Shown piece after piece: positions 38,185 through 48,385 of a stretch of 64,000 bases of DNA. The translations under genes and the position numbers were made by a program. The stretch spans positions 33,909-97,908 of the forward strand of contig JAFSVL010000078.1 of the NCBI GenBank assembly GCA_017445015.1, read 5' to 3'. Numbering within the stretch: position 1 is the stretch's first letter; each line of letters opens with the position of its first letter. This stretch comes from Bacteroidales bacterium (GTDB lineage Bacteria > Bacteroidota > Bacteroidia > Bacteroidales > UBA932). Under the pieces are notes generated by a model, which saw only the letters and a list, made by a program, of their open reading frames with translations, did no database searches and was not told the origin of the DNA.

Positions 38185-39555
38185 TCACATGATATGAATC
38201 TCCCGGCCCGTAACCCGGATGGCCGACACGGGCTTCGCCGGGCACAGATATTCACAGGCTCCGCAGCCCGTACAGCGTTCGGTATCCACCGAAGGGACCC
38301 TGTGGCCGCCCTCCCCGGACGCGACCATACGGATGGCACCTGCCGGACAGTGCCGCGCACAGTTTCCGCATTGCACGCCGTCCGTATTCACCACGCAGCG
38401 CTCCAGGTCCACCGAAGCGTAACCGAAATGGATATCGGGCTTCTGCTCCCGGGCAAAGGGCCGGATGGCGTCCGTCGGGCAGACCAGCGAACAGGCATTG
38501 CATTCCGGACGGCAATATCCCTTGTCAAACCCCATCTCCGGCTGCATCAGGTGCGCCAGGTCCGTCGAGGGCCGGAGCACCCCGTTCGGACATGCCGTCA
38601 CACAGGCCTGGCAAGCCGTACATTTACTGAAAAACCGCGCCCGGCTTCCGCTTCCGGGGGGAACGGGACGAGGGAGGAGGGGCGCCGCCTCCGGGCCGCC
38701 GGCGAGCGACTTCGCCCGGGCGGAAACTCCTGCCCCGAGCAGCAGGGCGCTGCCGGAGATGAAACGCCGCCTGCCGCTGTCCACGGCGCTGCCGGAAGAC
38801 TGACGCCTGTAGGCGAAACGATACTTCATCGCCCCGAACTTACAATCGGAAAGGCAGTCGAAACAAACCACGCAACGGCTATAATCGATACGCTTGTTCC
38901 GGATATCGATGCACGAACTTTTACAGCCCCGCTCGCACTTGCCGCAGGATACGCATTTGTCCGTATCCAGCACGGGACGAAGGAGTGAAAAGCGGGAAAA
39001 GAAACCCAGCAGCGTCCCTACAGGGCAGAGGGTATTGCACCAGGTCCGCCCGCCGAAAAAGGCCAGCAGGCCCACCAGCACAAAGGTAATGACGGCGACG
39101 ATGCTGACTGCCAGGGCGGGCGGGGCCCACGCGGAGCCGTCCGCCAACGCCAATACCGTACGGACCATACGCCCGTAAGCGCTGTAAGGTGCGAAAAGTG
39201 CGACCGCCGCCTGGACGCCGCAGAGCAGCAGGGCGCAAAACAAAACGAAGAAGCCGTATCGCAGCCACTTCCGTTCCGGCACGAAATGCCCGCCACGTGA
39301 CCTGAATATCCGGGTCCGGAGCGCAAAGAAAAAGTCCTGGAACACCCCCTGCGGGCATATCACACTACAATAAATCCGCCCGAAAACGAGAGTTATCAGC
39401 AAAATGAAGGCGATTGCCGCGATATTTACCGCAAGCAGCGCCGGCAGTAACTGAAGCTCCGCCGCCCAGGCGAGATACCGGGGCGTTATCGCTGACAGAA
39501 AAAGTGTTACAGCCGTACAGAAAAGCAGTCCCAGTACTGCACGAATCCATTTCAT
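38185..39555 (-). CDS. Membrane polyferredoxin (NapH/MauN-like TM domain fused to NapF/G-like 4Fe-4S domain)
   Basis: FGRIYCSVICP and WCNTLCP motifs, many CxxCxxCxxxCP motifs, internal GRRRFI; ATG MKWIR at 39555. Confidence 0.85.
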   Translation of the reverse strand: MKWIRAVLGLLFCTAVTLFLSAITPRYLAWAAELQLLPALLAVNIAAIAFILLITLVFGRIYCSVICPQGVFQDFFFALRTRIFRSRGGHFVPERKWLRYGFFVLFCALLLCGVQAAVALFAPYSAYGRMVRTVLALADGSAWAPPALAVSIVAVITFVLVGLLAFFGGRTWCNTLCPVGTLLGFFSRFSLLRPVLDTDKCVSCGKCERGCKSSCIDIRNKRIDYSRCVVCFDCLSDCKFGAMKYRFAYRRQSSGSAVDSGRRRFISGSALLLGAGVSARAKSLAGGPEAAPLLPRPVPPGSGSRARFFSKCTACQACVTACPNGVLRPSTDLAHLMQPEMGFDKGYCRPECNACSLVCPTDAIRPFAREQKPDIHFGYASVDLERCVVNTDGVQCGNCARHCPAGAIRMVASGEGGHRVPSVDTERCTGCGACEYLCPAKPVSAIRVTGREIHIM

Positions 39556-39559
39556 TAGG

Positions 39560-39567
39560 CAAAAGTA
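39560..39567 (-). promoter_or_regulatory. Bacteroidota -7 element (TACTTTTG) for the polyferredoxin operon
   Basis: Matches TAnnTTTG; 4 nt upstream of ATG 39555. Confidence 0.65.
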
Positions 39568-39809
39568 AAAAAAATTCTTAAAAATCATTTCATTTTCGAC
39601 CTCGCGGCTTAAAAATATAAAGCAAAATAATTAAAATCCTTTTGAGAAAAACACGAAAACGGGCTTATAGGGGCTTTAAACCGAGATTTTTTCAGCTTAA
39701 ACTTGGATTTTAGAAATATTATTCCGATATTGCGCGCCAAATTTGCTTTATTAATTACCCCGCGAGGGGACACGGACAAGCATGTATATATAACAAATAC
39801 CTAGAACCT

Positions 39810-42329
39810 ATGAAGATAGCGAAATTTGCCGTAACCGCTTTTGCGGTCGTATCTACCGCTTTCGTGCTTCACTCCTGCTACCGGCCGCCGGTAGAGGAGG
39901 ACATCGACAAGGAGCCGACCGCAAACTTTACGGTGGCATTGAACACCGTCGAAGCGGAGTATGCGGAAGTTGTCGTGCGCCACGACGGCGCCTCCGACGT
40001 AGCCTGGTACGGGTTCGTTACTGAAGACGTAACCTCATCTGTAGAGACGCTTATCGGCGAAAAGGCCGCAGCGATCAACCGCAGCGAGCTGCATGTCGGA
40101 ACTTCCCAGACAGTAGCCCTGAGGAATCTCGACCAAGTAGTAAACTACCGCTACATCGCCTTTGCAGTCAACGAAGAGAACCAGTACTGGGGCACCGCCG
40201 GCAGCCTGATTTTCAACACCTCCCCTATTTTCGACGTAACATTCACGCTCGAGGCGGCGGAGGTCCTTTCCCATGAGGCGACCTTCAACGTGAGCCACGA
40301 CGGACACGAGGTCCTGACCTACATGGGTTTCCTTACCGAAGATATGGAAAGCGAAGCCTCCGTCCTTGCGGCCACCAACTATGCGTCCATCACCACGGAC
40401 GGCAAACTCAACAGCGACGTGACCCTGCTCAACGGCGTAGCCAATACCGTCAAGGTGGAGGATCTCGCCCACGAGACGGAATACCGTTATATTATATATG
40501 GTATATACGACAACAACGGCGTGGCGATTTACTACGGCACGCCCGCGGAAGTCACCTTTACGACCCCGATCGACCTTTCGATCGTGAATTTCAGCGCGAC
40601 AGTGTCGAATATCACCAAGAATTCCGCGGACGTAAGCGTAAGTTACAACGCCAAGCAGGAGGACCTCGGCTGGTATGGGTTCGTAACCGAAGACCTGACC
40701 ACCGCCCCCGCCACACTTATCGCGGAGAAGGTGGCCGGCCTGTCGGAAAGTGACCTCAACCACGGCGCAGGAAAGATATCCCTTGCGGATCTTAGCGTTG
40801 AAACCGAATACCGCTACATCGTCACCGGCGTAAACGCGGACGGCATTTACGGCATACCCGCGGTGGTCCGGTTCTCCAGTTTGAGCCAGGCCTATGACGA
40901 CACCGTATTCAGCGTCGATGCAAGCGACGTGACTGCCCATGGGGCGAAACTCACCATCACCCACAACGGGCACGAGGACTTTGAATATTTCGGCTTCTTC
41001 ACCGACGACCTTCAGTCGGCGCTCGCCGACATCCCCACGCCCGCCAATGCGGACAACAACCTGATGAAAGGGCTTGAGAATGTGGTCGAGGTTGACAATC
41101 TGGAGCCCCTTACCCAGTACCGCTATATCGTAACCGGCCGCGTTTACGGCAACGATTACGGCAAGCGCGGGGAAGTGATTTTCACCACGGCGGACAATGT
41201 GGTTCAACTCGCTTACGACGACTTCATCGGAGAATGGAAGATCGAAGGAAGCGCAGTAACCATTTCCGCCAGGGAGAATGGCATAAGCTATGCTATCGAC
41301 GGATTCCCCGGCAGTTCCTCGACGCGCGGGCCGTCCTCGACGCTGGTCGGAATGTACGACAGCGAAAACGGCCTGCTCTATGTCGAAGATCAGGATGTCG
41401 CACAGTACGACGATCCTTCCTCCAACAACTACGGACCGCTCATGGACTTCTTCGGCGGAGCCGTATGGTCCCAAATGTCTGACGGAAGCGAACGGTACTG
41501 GCCGAATTATCCTTTCCGCAGCACGGAAAAGAACCGCGTCTTCAGCTTCGTCGGGCTTGACGACGGCACCTACGAGCTGCGTCCTGCAGAAGGCGTCGAA
41601 GCCACCACCTTCGGATGGTACATCCTGACGGGAAGCTATTCGGGACGAGGCAACGCCTACTCCGTCAACGTGGAACTCCCCGCAAGCGTCACCAAGGTTG
41701 ACAAGGCCGCAGCCGCTTACGCCGATTTCCTGGGTAACTGGAACCTGGGCTCCGAGGTCATCACCATCAGCCAGAAGACTGCCGGAAGCACATATTCCGT
41801 TACCGGACTCACCGGTCAGGACGAACTTTACGGGAACCTCAGCGTAATAACCGGCAACTATGATCCGGCCAAGCACGAATTCTACATCATGGAGCAGAAA
41901 CTCGGAGAATTCAATACGGCGGACCACTCCGAATTCGGCAGCAACCAGTACGGTGATTGTGACGACTACCTTTCCGGATACTTCCCCTACAATACATCCG
42001 GCTATTTCGCCTATCCCTTCAACACGGACAACCCGACACGCATCCTTACCGCCTACCTCAACGGCAGCGGAGAGATGGAGATCATAGCGGGAAGCTGCAC
42101 CTACGGCACGTTCAGCCACTTTGACTTTATCTGGGTCATCCGTGAAGGAGAGCATGCAGGCAATGGCAACAACTACGGATTCGCAAGCGCAAATGGCTAT
42201 TTCATCCCGGAAAAGGCGGCAAAGGCATCCTCGGTGGCTTCCGCATCCCCGGAAGGCCACACCATAGACGCCAGGGCCCGAAAAGCACGCATGCTTACCA
42301 AGGGTACACGTTTCATCACAAGCAAGTAA
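39810..42329 (+). CDS. Surface lipoprotein with four FN3-like repeats and two copies of a YxDFxGxW module
   Basis: Lipobox LHSC plus acidic stretch; four ~105-aa repeats (GFxTED...L...YRY...G...F); two C-terminal modules starting YDDFIGEW and YADFLGNW. Confidence 0.75.
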   Translation: MKIAKFAVTAFAVVSTAFVLHSCYRPPVEEDIDKEPTANFTVALNTVEAEYAEVVVRHDGASDVAWYGFVTEDVTSSVETLIGEKAAAINRSELHVGTSQTVALRNLDQVVNYRYIAFAVNEENQYWGTAGSLIFNTSPIFDVTFTLEAAEVLSHEATFNVSHDGHEVLTYMGFLTEDMESEASVLAATNYASITTDGKLNSDVTLLNGVANTVKVEDLAHETEYRYIIYGIYDNNGVAIYYGTPAEVTFTTPIDLSIVNFSATVSNITKNSADVSVSYNAKQEDLGWYGFVTEDLTTAPATLIAEKVAGLSESDLNHGAGKISLADLSVETEYRYIVTGVNADGIYGIPAVVRFSSLSQAYDDTVFSVDASDVTAHGAKLTITHNGHEDFEYFGFFTDDLQSALADIPTPANADNNLMKGLENVVEVDNLEPLTQYRYIVTGRVYGNDYGKRGEVIFTTADNVVQLAYDDFIGEWKIEGSAVTISARENGISYAIDGFPGSSSTRGPSSTLVGMYDSENGLLYVEDQDVAQYDDPSSNNYGPLMDFFGGAVWSQMSDGSERYWPNYPFRSTEKNRVFSFVGLDDGTYELRPAEGVEATTFGWYILTGSYSGRGNAYSVNVELPASVTKVDKAAAAYADFLGNWNLGSEVITISQKTAGSTYSVTGLTGQDELYGNLSVITGNYDPAKHEFYIMEQKLGEFNTADHSEFGSNQYGDCDDYLSGYFPYNTSGYFAYPFNTDNPTRILTAYLNGSGEMEIIAGSCTYGTFSHFDFIWVIREGEHAGNGNNYGFASANGYFIPEKAAKASSVASASPEGHTIDARARKARMLTKGTRFITSK

Positions 42330-42342
42330 GTAACGACATTAT

Positions 42343-45300
42343 ATGAAAAAACTCAGATTTTTTCTCGCGTGTATTCTCGTCACCCTCTGCGCGGCAACGG
42401 CAAAGGCGCAGCCGCTGACGGTGAAAGGTACCGTGACGGCCGCATCTGACGGCCAGCCCATCGTGGGCGCAGCGGTGACCATAGACGGGAACACAAAGCA
42501 TTACGCGATTACCGACCTGGACGGTAACTTCCAGATTCACAACGTCCCTTCCAATGCGAAGCGCGTCATCGTTTCCAGCATGGGATACAAGGAGACTTCC
42601 GTTGCGGTATCCTCCAACGTCAAAATCGCAATGGAGGATGATGTCAATATGCTGGAAGCGGCCGTCGCGACCGGTATGTACACCGTTGACCGCCGACTCA
42701 ACACCGGTTCCACCGTAAAGATCGACGCCGCCGAGTCCAATATCTCCGGTATGGCGGACATTTCCCGCTCCCTGGAAGGGCGCGCCGCCGGTGTTTCCGT
42801 GCAGAACGTTTCGGGTACCTTCGGTACGGCGCCCAAGATCCGCGTCCGCGGCGCCACCTCCATCTACGGTTCGTCCAAACCCCTCTGGGTCGTGGACGGA
42901 GTCATCATGGAAGATGTCGTTGACGTAAGCGCCGACGACCTGTCCTCCGGTGATGCAAACACCCTGATTTCATCGGCCATCGCAGGACTCAACTCCGACG
43001 ACATCGAGACCTTCGATATCCTCAAGGACGGTTCGGCGACCTCCATCTACGGTGCGCGCGCCATGGCCGGCGTCATTGTCGTCACGACGAAGAAAGGAAA
43101 GGCCGGAAAAGCCCGCATCAACTATACGGGTGAATACACCTATAGGCTCAAACCCTCCTACGATACCTTCAACATCATGAACTCGCAGGACCAGATGGAG
43201 GTCTATCAGGAACTCCAGCAGAAGGGTTACCTGAACTATGCCGAGACGGCCAACGCCAGCAACAGCGGTGTTTACGGCAAGATGTACCAGCTGATTTCCC
43301 AGTACGACGCGACCAGCGGGTTGTTCGGGCTGGAAAACACCCAGGCCGCACGCAACGCCTACCTGCGGGCCGCCGAGTTCCGCAACACGAACTGGTTCAA
43401 CCTGCTGTTCAACGACACCGTCCAGCACAACCATTCCCTCAGCGTTTCCGGCGGCGGCGACAAGGCCAACTACTACGCCTCCCTCTCCGTGATGCAGGAC
43501 CCGGGCTGGACCCTCCAGAGTTCGGTACAGCGTTACACCGCAAACATCAACACGACCTTCAAGATCTCGAAGGCCCTGTCGGTGAACCTCATCGGAAACG
43601 CATCCTACCGTAAACAGAGGGCTCCGGGAACCATCAACAGCGAGACGGACGTAGTGTCCGGCGAGGTCAAGCGCGACTTCGACATCAACCCGTACAGTTA
43701 CGCCCTCAACACCTCGCGCGCCCTGGACCCCGACGAGTTCTACACCCGCAACTATACCAAGTTCAACATCGTGCACGAACTCGAGAACAATTTCCTGGAC
43801 CTGACCGTGAGCGACATCCGCGTGCAGGGCGAACTCAAGTACAAACCCTGGGATTTCCTTGAATTGAGCGCCATCGGGGCCTACAAGCACGCCGCGACGA
43901 GCCAGGAACACTACATCCTGGACGAGGCGAACCAGGCCCTCGCCTACCGCGAGATGTCCACTCCCGCCATCCGTGACGCCAACCCGTTCCTCTACAAGGA
44001 TCCGGACAACCTGTACGGCTATCCCTTCAGCGTACTGCCTGTCGGCGGTATCTATGAAGGCACCAACAACAGCATGGACGGCTGGGATTTCAGGGCCACC
44101 TTCAATTTCAACAAGACCTTTGCACAGGATCACACCGTGAGCCTCTTCGGCGGGACCGAAATCAACAGCCTCGACCGTCACGGCTCATGGTTCCGCGGCT
44201 GGGGCATGCAGTTCGATTTCGGCGAAATCGCCAACTATGACTATCGCGTTTTCAAGCGCGGTACGGAAGAGAACTCCCAGTACTTTACCCTGACCAACAC
44301 CCATATCCGCAGCGCCGCCTTCTTTGCCAACGGAACCTATTCCTACAAAGGGCGTTACGTTATCAACGGCACCATCCGCTACGAAGGCACCAACAGCCTC
44401 GGACGGTCCCGTTCCGCCCGCTGGCTGCCCACATGGAACGTATCCGGCGCATGGAATATCAGCGAAGAGAACTGGATGAAGCCGCTCCAGCCCACCCTGT
44501 CGCACCTCTCCCTCAAGGCATCCTACTCCCTGACCGGCGACCGTCCTTCGGTGACCAACTCCTTCGTGGTCATCGAGGCATACAACCCCTGGAGGGCATT
44601 TGCAGACGACAAAGAGAGCGCACTTGAAATCAAGGAACCCGCCAATCTCGCCCTTACTTACGAGAAAAAGCACGAGCTGAACATCAGCCTCGAAGCCGGA
44701 TTCTTTGACAACCGCGTCAACATCGCCGCGGACTGGTACACCCGTGACAACTACGACCTCATCGGTCCCGTCACGACCCAGGGTATCGGCGGATTCGTGC
44801 AGAAACTCGGCAACGTCGCGTCGATGCACTCCGACGGTGTGGAACTTTCGCTCACCACCACCAACATCAAGACGAGGGACTTCACCTGGTCCACCAACTT
44901 CATCTATTCGCATTCCCGCAACTGGGTCACCGAACTTGAGAACCAGTCCCGCATGATAGACCTCGTTTCCGGTACCGGTTTCACACGCAAGGGATACCCG
45001 GTAAGAAGCCTCTTCTCCCTGAAGTTCGACGGGCTGAACGAGGAAGGTCTTCCTACCTTCATCAACGAGAACGGTGAGAAGACCGTCACCGGTATCTACT
45101 TCCAGGAAAGGGAGGAGAGCAAACTCAAGAATCTCGTCTATTCCGGCTCGGTAGATCCTACGGACGTCGGTTCTTTCGGGAACATCTTCTCGTGGAAAGG
45201 TCTGAAACTGAACATCTTCTTCACCTACTCGTTCGGCAATGTAATCCGTCTGGATCCGGTCTTCAAGAGCACCTATGACGATCTGGATTCCATGCCCAAG

Positions 45301-45684
45301 GAATTCCGCAACCGCTGGACGGTCCCCGGGGATGAACGGAAAACCAACATACCTGTCATTGCGTCAAGTTGGCAGAACCGCCATTACAGCAACACCGAAA
45401 ACTCCCTCAGTTATGCTTACAACGCATACAACTTCTCTACGGAACGTATTGCAAAGGGGGATTTCATCCGTCTCAAGGAACTTTCCCTGGGCTATGACTT
45501 CCCGAAAAACATCACGGACAAACTGCATCTTGCCAACCTCGGCCTGAAGGTGCAGGCGACCAACCTCTTCCTGCTTTACGCGGATCCCAAGCTGAACGGA
45601 CAGGATCCTGAGTTCTTCAATACGGGCGGTGTCGCGGTGCCTATGGCCAAGCAGTTCACCTTCACCCTCAAAATCGGTTTTTAA
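42343..45684 (+). CDS. susC: SusC/RagA-family TonB-dependent outer-membrane transporter
   Basis: IRVRGATSI, PLWVVDG, LKDGSATSIYGARAMAGVIVVTTKKG, C-terminal GQDPE...LKIGF. Confidence 0.95.
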   Translation: MKKLRFFLACILVTLCAATAKAQPLTVKGTVTAASDGQPIVGAAVTIDGNTKHYAITDLDGNFQIHNVPSNAKRVIVSSMGYKETSVAVSSNVKIAMEDDVNMLEAAVATGMYTVDRRLNTGSTVKIDAAESNISGMADISRSLEGRAAGVSVQNVSGTFGTAPKIRVRGATSIYGSSKPLWVVDGVIMEDVVDVSADDLSSGDANTLISSAIAGLNSDDIETFDILKDGSATSIYGARAMAGVIVVTTKKGKAGKARINYTGEYTYRLKPSYDTFNIMNSQDQMEVYQELQQKGYLNYAETANASNSGVYGKMYQLISQYDATSGLFGLENTQAARNAYLRAAEFRNTNWFNLLFNDTVQHNHSLSVSGGGDKANYYASLSVMQDPGWTLQSSVQRYTANINTTFKISKALSVNLIGNASYRKQRAPGTINSETDVVSGEVKRDFDINPYSYALNTSRALDPDEFYTRNYTKFNIVHELENNFLDLTVSDIRVQGELKYKPWDFLELSAIGAYKHAATSQEHYILDEANQALAYREMSTPAIRDANPFLYKDPDNLYGYPFSVLPVGGIYEGTNNSMDGWDFRATFNFNKTFAQDHTVSLFGGTEINSLDRHGSWFRGWGMQFDFGEIANYDYRVFKRGTEENSQYFTLTNTHIRSAAFFANGTYSYKGRYVINGTIRYEGTNSLGRSRSARWLPTWNVSGAWNISEENWMKPLQPTLSHLSLKASYSLTGDRPSVTNSFVVIEAYNPWRAFADDKESALEIKEPANLALTYEKKHELNISLEAGFFDNRVNIAADWYTRDNYDLIGPVTTQGIGGFVQKLGNVASMHSDGVELSLTTTNIKTRDFTWSTNFIYSHSRNWVTELENQSRMIDLVSGTGFTRKGYPVRSLFSLKFDGLNEEGLPTFINENGEKTVTGIYFQEREESKLKNLVYSGSVDPTDVGSFGNIFSWKGLKLNIFFTYSFGNVIRLDPVFKSTYDDLDSMPKEFRNRWTVPGDERKTNIPVIASSWQNRHYSNTENSLSYAYNAYNFSTERIAKGDFIRLKELSLGYDFPKNITDKLHLANLGLKVQATNLFLLYADPKLNGQDPEFFNTGGVAVPMAKQFTFTLKIGF

Positions 45685-45704
45685 TCAAATCGGCGCAAAG
45701 TATT

Positions 45705-47432
45705 ATGAAAAACAGATTTATCATCATAGCCATCGCAATGCTTGCCAGCCTTGTATCCTGCGACAAGTTCCTGGACACGATGCCTGACAATAGGGCCGAA
45801 GTGGACTCGAAGTCCAAGATACATGCCTTGCTGACCTCCGGTTACCCCGTCGTCACCTATCTCACCATCACATCATACCTGTCCGACGACGTGGACAAAA
45901 TCGGTGACGACATTCCCAACTCCGACCGTTACATCGACCAGATCTACAACTGGGAAGAGGTGACGGAAACGGACAATGACGCTCCCACCGAATTCTGGGG
46001 CAATTCCTGGCTCTGCATTGCGCACGCCAACCAGGCCCTTGACGCCATTTACACCCTGACCGGCACATCGTCCATCGACGATGCCGCCACAATCGCCGCC
46101 AAAGGATACGGCGCCGAACTTGCCGAAGCCCTGCTCATCCGCGCATACAGCCACTTCATGCTCGTGAACACCTTCTGCCTCAACTACAACAAGCAGACCA
46201 GTGCGACGGACCTCGGCATCCCTTATATGGAAGGCCTTGAGCAGGAGCTCAATCCCAAGTACGAGCGCAGCAATGTGGCCAAAGTCTATGAGAAGATCCA
46301 GAAGGACCTTGAAATCGCCCTGCAGTACGTCAGCGACAGTTACTACACGGTCCCGAAGTACCACTTCAATGCAAGGGCCGCTTACGCATTCGCCGCCCGC
46401 TTCTACCTGTTCTCAGAGCAGTGGGAGAAAGCCTCGGACTACGCGACAAGGTGCCTGGGGTCGCAGCCCGCGACCGTCCTTCGCAACTGGGAGGCCCTGG
46501 GCAAACTCGAAAGGGACTGGGACGTCATCAGTTACGAGTTTGTAAAGTCTTCGTATGATGCCAACCTGCTGCTGCTGACCAGTTACTCGGCCTTCGGGTA
46601 CTATTTCTGCTACCCCGGCCAGCAGAGATATTCGCACAACTCGTATCTGGCTTTTACAGAGGACATATTCGCGAAGAACGTATGGGGCAACACCGCGGCC
46701 GGATACCAGCCCCTGTCCAACTGGTTCTTCCTGCGTCCCGGCTGGTACAACGGAGCCACTTACGATGTTATAACCAACATGACGATTCCCTACATGTTCG
46801 AATACACCGACCCTGTGGCGCGTATCGGATATGCACATGCCGTATGCCCGGCCTTTACGACGGACGAGACCCTTCTCAACCGTGCGGAGGCCTATGTCAT
46901 GCAGCATGAGTACGACAAGGCGACCGCCGACATCAATACCTATATCCGCAGCATCGTCAAGCCTGCGAACTTCCCCAATGACCTTAGCACCGAGGGCATC
47001 GTGAACTTCTATTCGGCCATCGGGTACGGGACATGGGACAATCCTACCATTAAGAAAAAACTCAACCCGGCGTTCAATATCGGAGCCGACGGCGGCGTCC
47101 AGGAGTCGATGCTGCAATGCGTGCTCGGGATGAAGCGCATCAACCAGCTCGGACAGGGACTCCGCTGGTATGACGTCAAGCGTTACGGCATCGAAATCTG
47201 GCGCCGCACGCTGGAACCGGATCCCAAGGCCGGACAATACGATGCAGCCCTCAAGCCCAAGCGGCTTGACGACGTACTGCTCGCCGGCGACCCCCGCCGC
47301 GCCGTGCAGCTTCCCAAAGACGTGATTGCCGCCGGCATGGAACCGAATCCCCGCACCGTCGGAAAACCTGCCGACAGGAGCCTCAAGCCCAAGGACATTC
47401 CTGCTGAACCCATTAATTCCGAACAGTTATGA
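45705..47432 (+). CDS. susD: SusD/RagB-family lipoprotein
   Basis: SCDKFLD lipobox, EALLIRAYSHF, ARFYLF, LLNRAEAY and GLRWYDVKRY motifs. Confidence 0.92.
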   Translation: MKNRFIIIAIAMLASLVSCDKFLDTMPDNRAEVDSKSKIHALLTSGYPVVTYLTITSYLSDDVDKIGDDIPNSDRYIDQIYNWEEVTETDNDAPTEFWGNSWLCIAHANQALDAIYTLTGTSSIDDAATIAAKGYGAELAEALLIRAYSHFMLVNTFCLNYNKQTSATDLGIPYMEGLEQELNPKYERSNVAKVYEKIQKDLEIALQYVSDSYYTVPKYHFNARAAYAFAARFYLFSEQWEKASDYATRCLGSQPATVLRNWEALGKLERDWDVISYEFVKSSYDANLLLLTSYSAFGYYFCYPGQQRYSHNSYLAFTEDIFAKNVWGNTAAGYQPLSNWFFLRPGWYNGATYDVITNMTIPYMFEYTDPVARIGYAHAVCPAFTTDETLLNRAEAYVMQHEYDKATADINTYIRSIVKPANFPNDLSTEGIVNFYSAIGYGTWDNPTIKKKLNPAFNIGADGGVQESMLQCVLGMKRINQLGQGLRWYDVKRYGIEIWRRTLEPDPKAGQYDAALKPKRLDDVLLAGDPRRAVQLPKDVIAAGMEPNPRTVGKPADRSLKPKDIPAEPINSEQL

Positions 47433-48385
47433 AAAAGTATATATTTCCCCTACTGATCCTGGCCGCATCCGGCCTGGCATCCTGCCAGCAGGACCGGCTC
47501 GACGAGGAGAGCGTCATCAAGGACACTACCGTGGAGATGAACGAGTTCGACTACTGGCTGGAGGCGAATCTCCTGCGGCCCTACAACATCGAATTCAAGT
47601 ACCGCTACGAAATGAACGAATCCGATCTGGGCTTCTGGACGGTTCCGGCCGACATCAATGCCGCCATCAACTACGCCCATCTGGTGAAATACCTCTGCGT
47701 GGACACTTACGACGAGGTGGCGGGCATCGATTTTACCCGTTCCTACTTCCCCAAGATGTTCTTCCTTATCGGTGCATGGGAGTACCGGAACAACGGCTCG
47801 TTCGTCCTCGGTACGGCAGAGGCCGGAAAGAAAATCATGCTGTCCGGCGTGAATGACCTGCCGTTCATCCTGGATTATTACGAGGGCACGGAACTCGCGG
47901 ACAACCTGAACCATTATTACATCAAGACGATTCACCACGAATTCACCCACATCCTCAACCAGACCAAGACCTACGCCGAGAATTTCGGGCAGATTACGTC
48001 CAACACCTACGTAGGTGACGCCTGCTTCGACACCGACCCGTACTGGAGGGGGCGCGGCTACATCACGGACTATGCCCAGAGCGAACACCGCGAGGATTTC
48101 GCCGAGCTCTTCTCCGAGTACATCACCCATGACGCCGCCTGGTGGCAGGCGCAGCTTGACGCGGCGCACAGCGAGACCACGAATGTACGCCAGGTAACTC
48201 CTGACGCGGAGTACGGCGACGTTCTCATCAATGCCAAGATGGACATCGTCCGCGCCTATCTCCAGGATTCCTGGGGCATCGACATAGACGAGCTGCGCGA
48301 CATCCTCGGACGCCGCTTCGGCGACGTCGTAGCCGGACGGGTGGATCTCAATTCCGTAAAACTCACAGCTCAGGAGGAACAATGA
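47429..48385 (+). CDS. Substrate-import-associated zinc metallopeptidase lipoprotein
   Basis: Lipobox LASC; HHEFTHILNQ (HExxH) and EDFAE third-ligand motif; directly after susD. Confidence 0.85.
   Translation: MKKYIFPLLILAASGLASCQQDRLDEESVIKDTTVEMNEFDYWLEANLLRPYNIEFKYRYEMNESDLGFWTVPADINAAINYAHLVKYLCVDTYDEVAGIDFTRSYFPKMFFLIGAWEYRNNGSFVLGTAEAGKKIMLSGVNDLPFILDYYEGTELADNLNHYYIKTIHHEFTHILNQTKTYAENFGQITSNTYVGDACFDTDPYWRGRGYITDYAQSEHREDFAELFSEYITHDAAWWQAQLDAAHSETTNVRQVTPDAEYGDVLINAKMDIVRAYLQDSWGIDIDELRDILGRRFGDVVAGRVDLNSVKLTAQEEQ

Noticed and set aside
40035-42260. 741-aa minus-strand ORF (also 47450-48394, 50721-52286 and 54505-56982)
   Set aside because: Antisense shadows of the plus-strand lipoprotein genes, Val/Gly/Arg-rich with no motifs.
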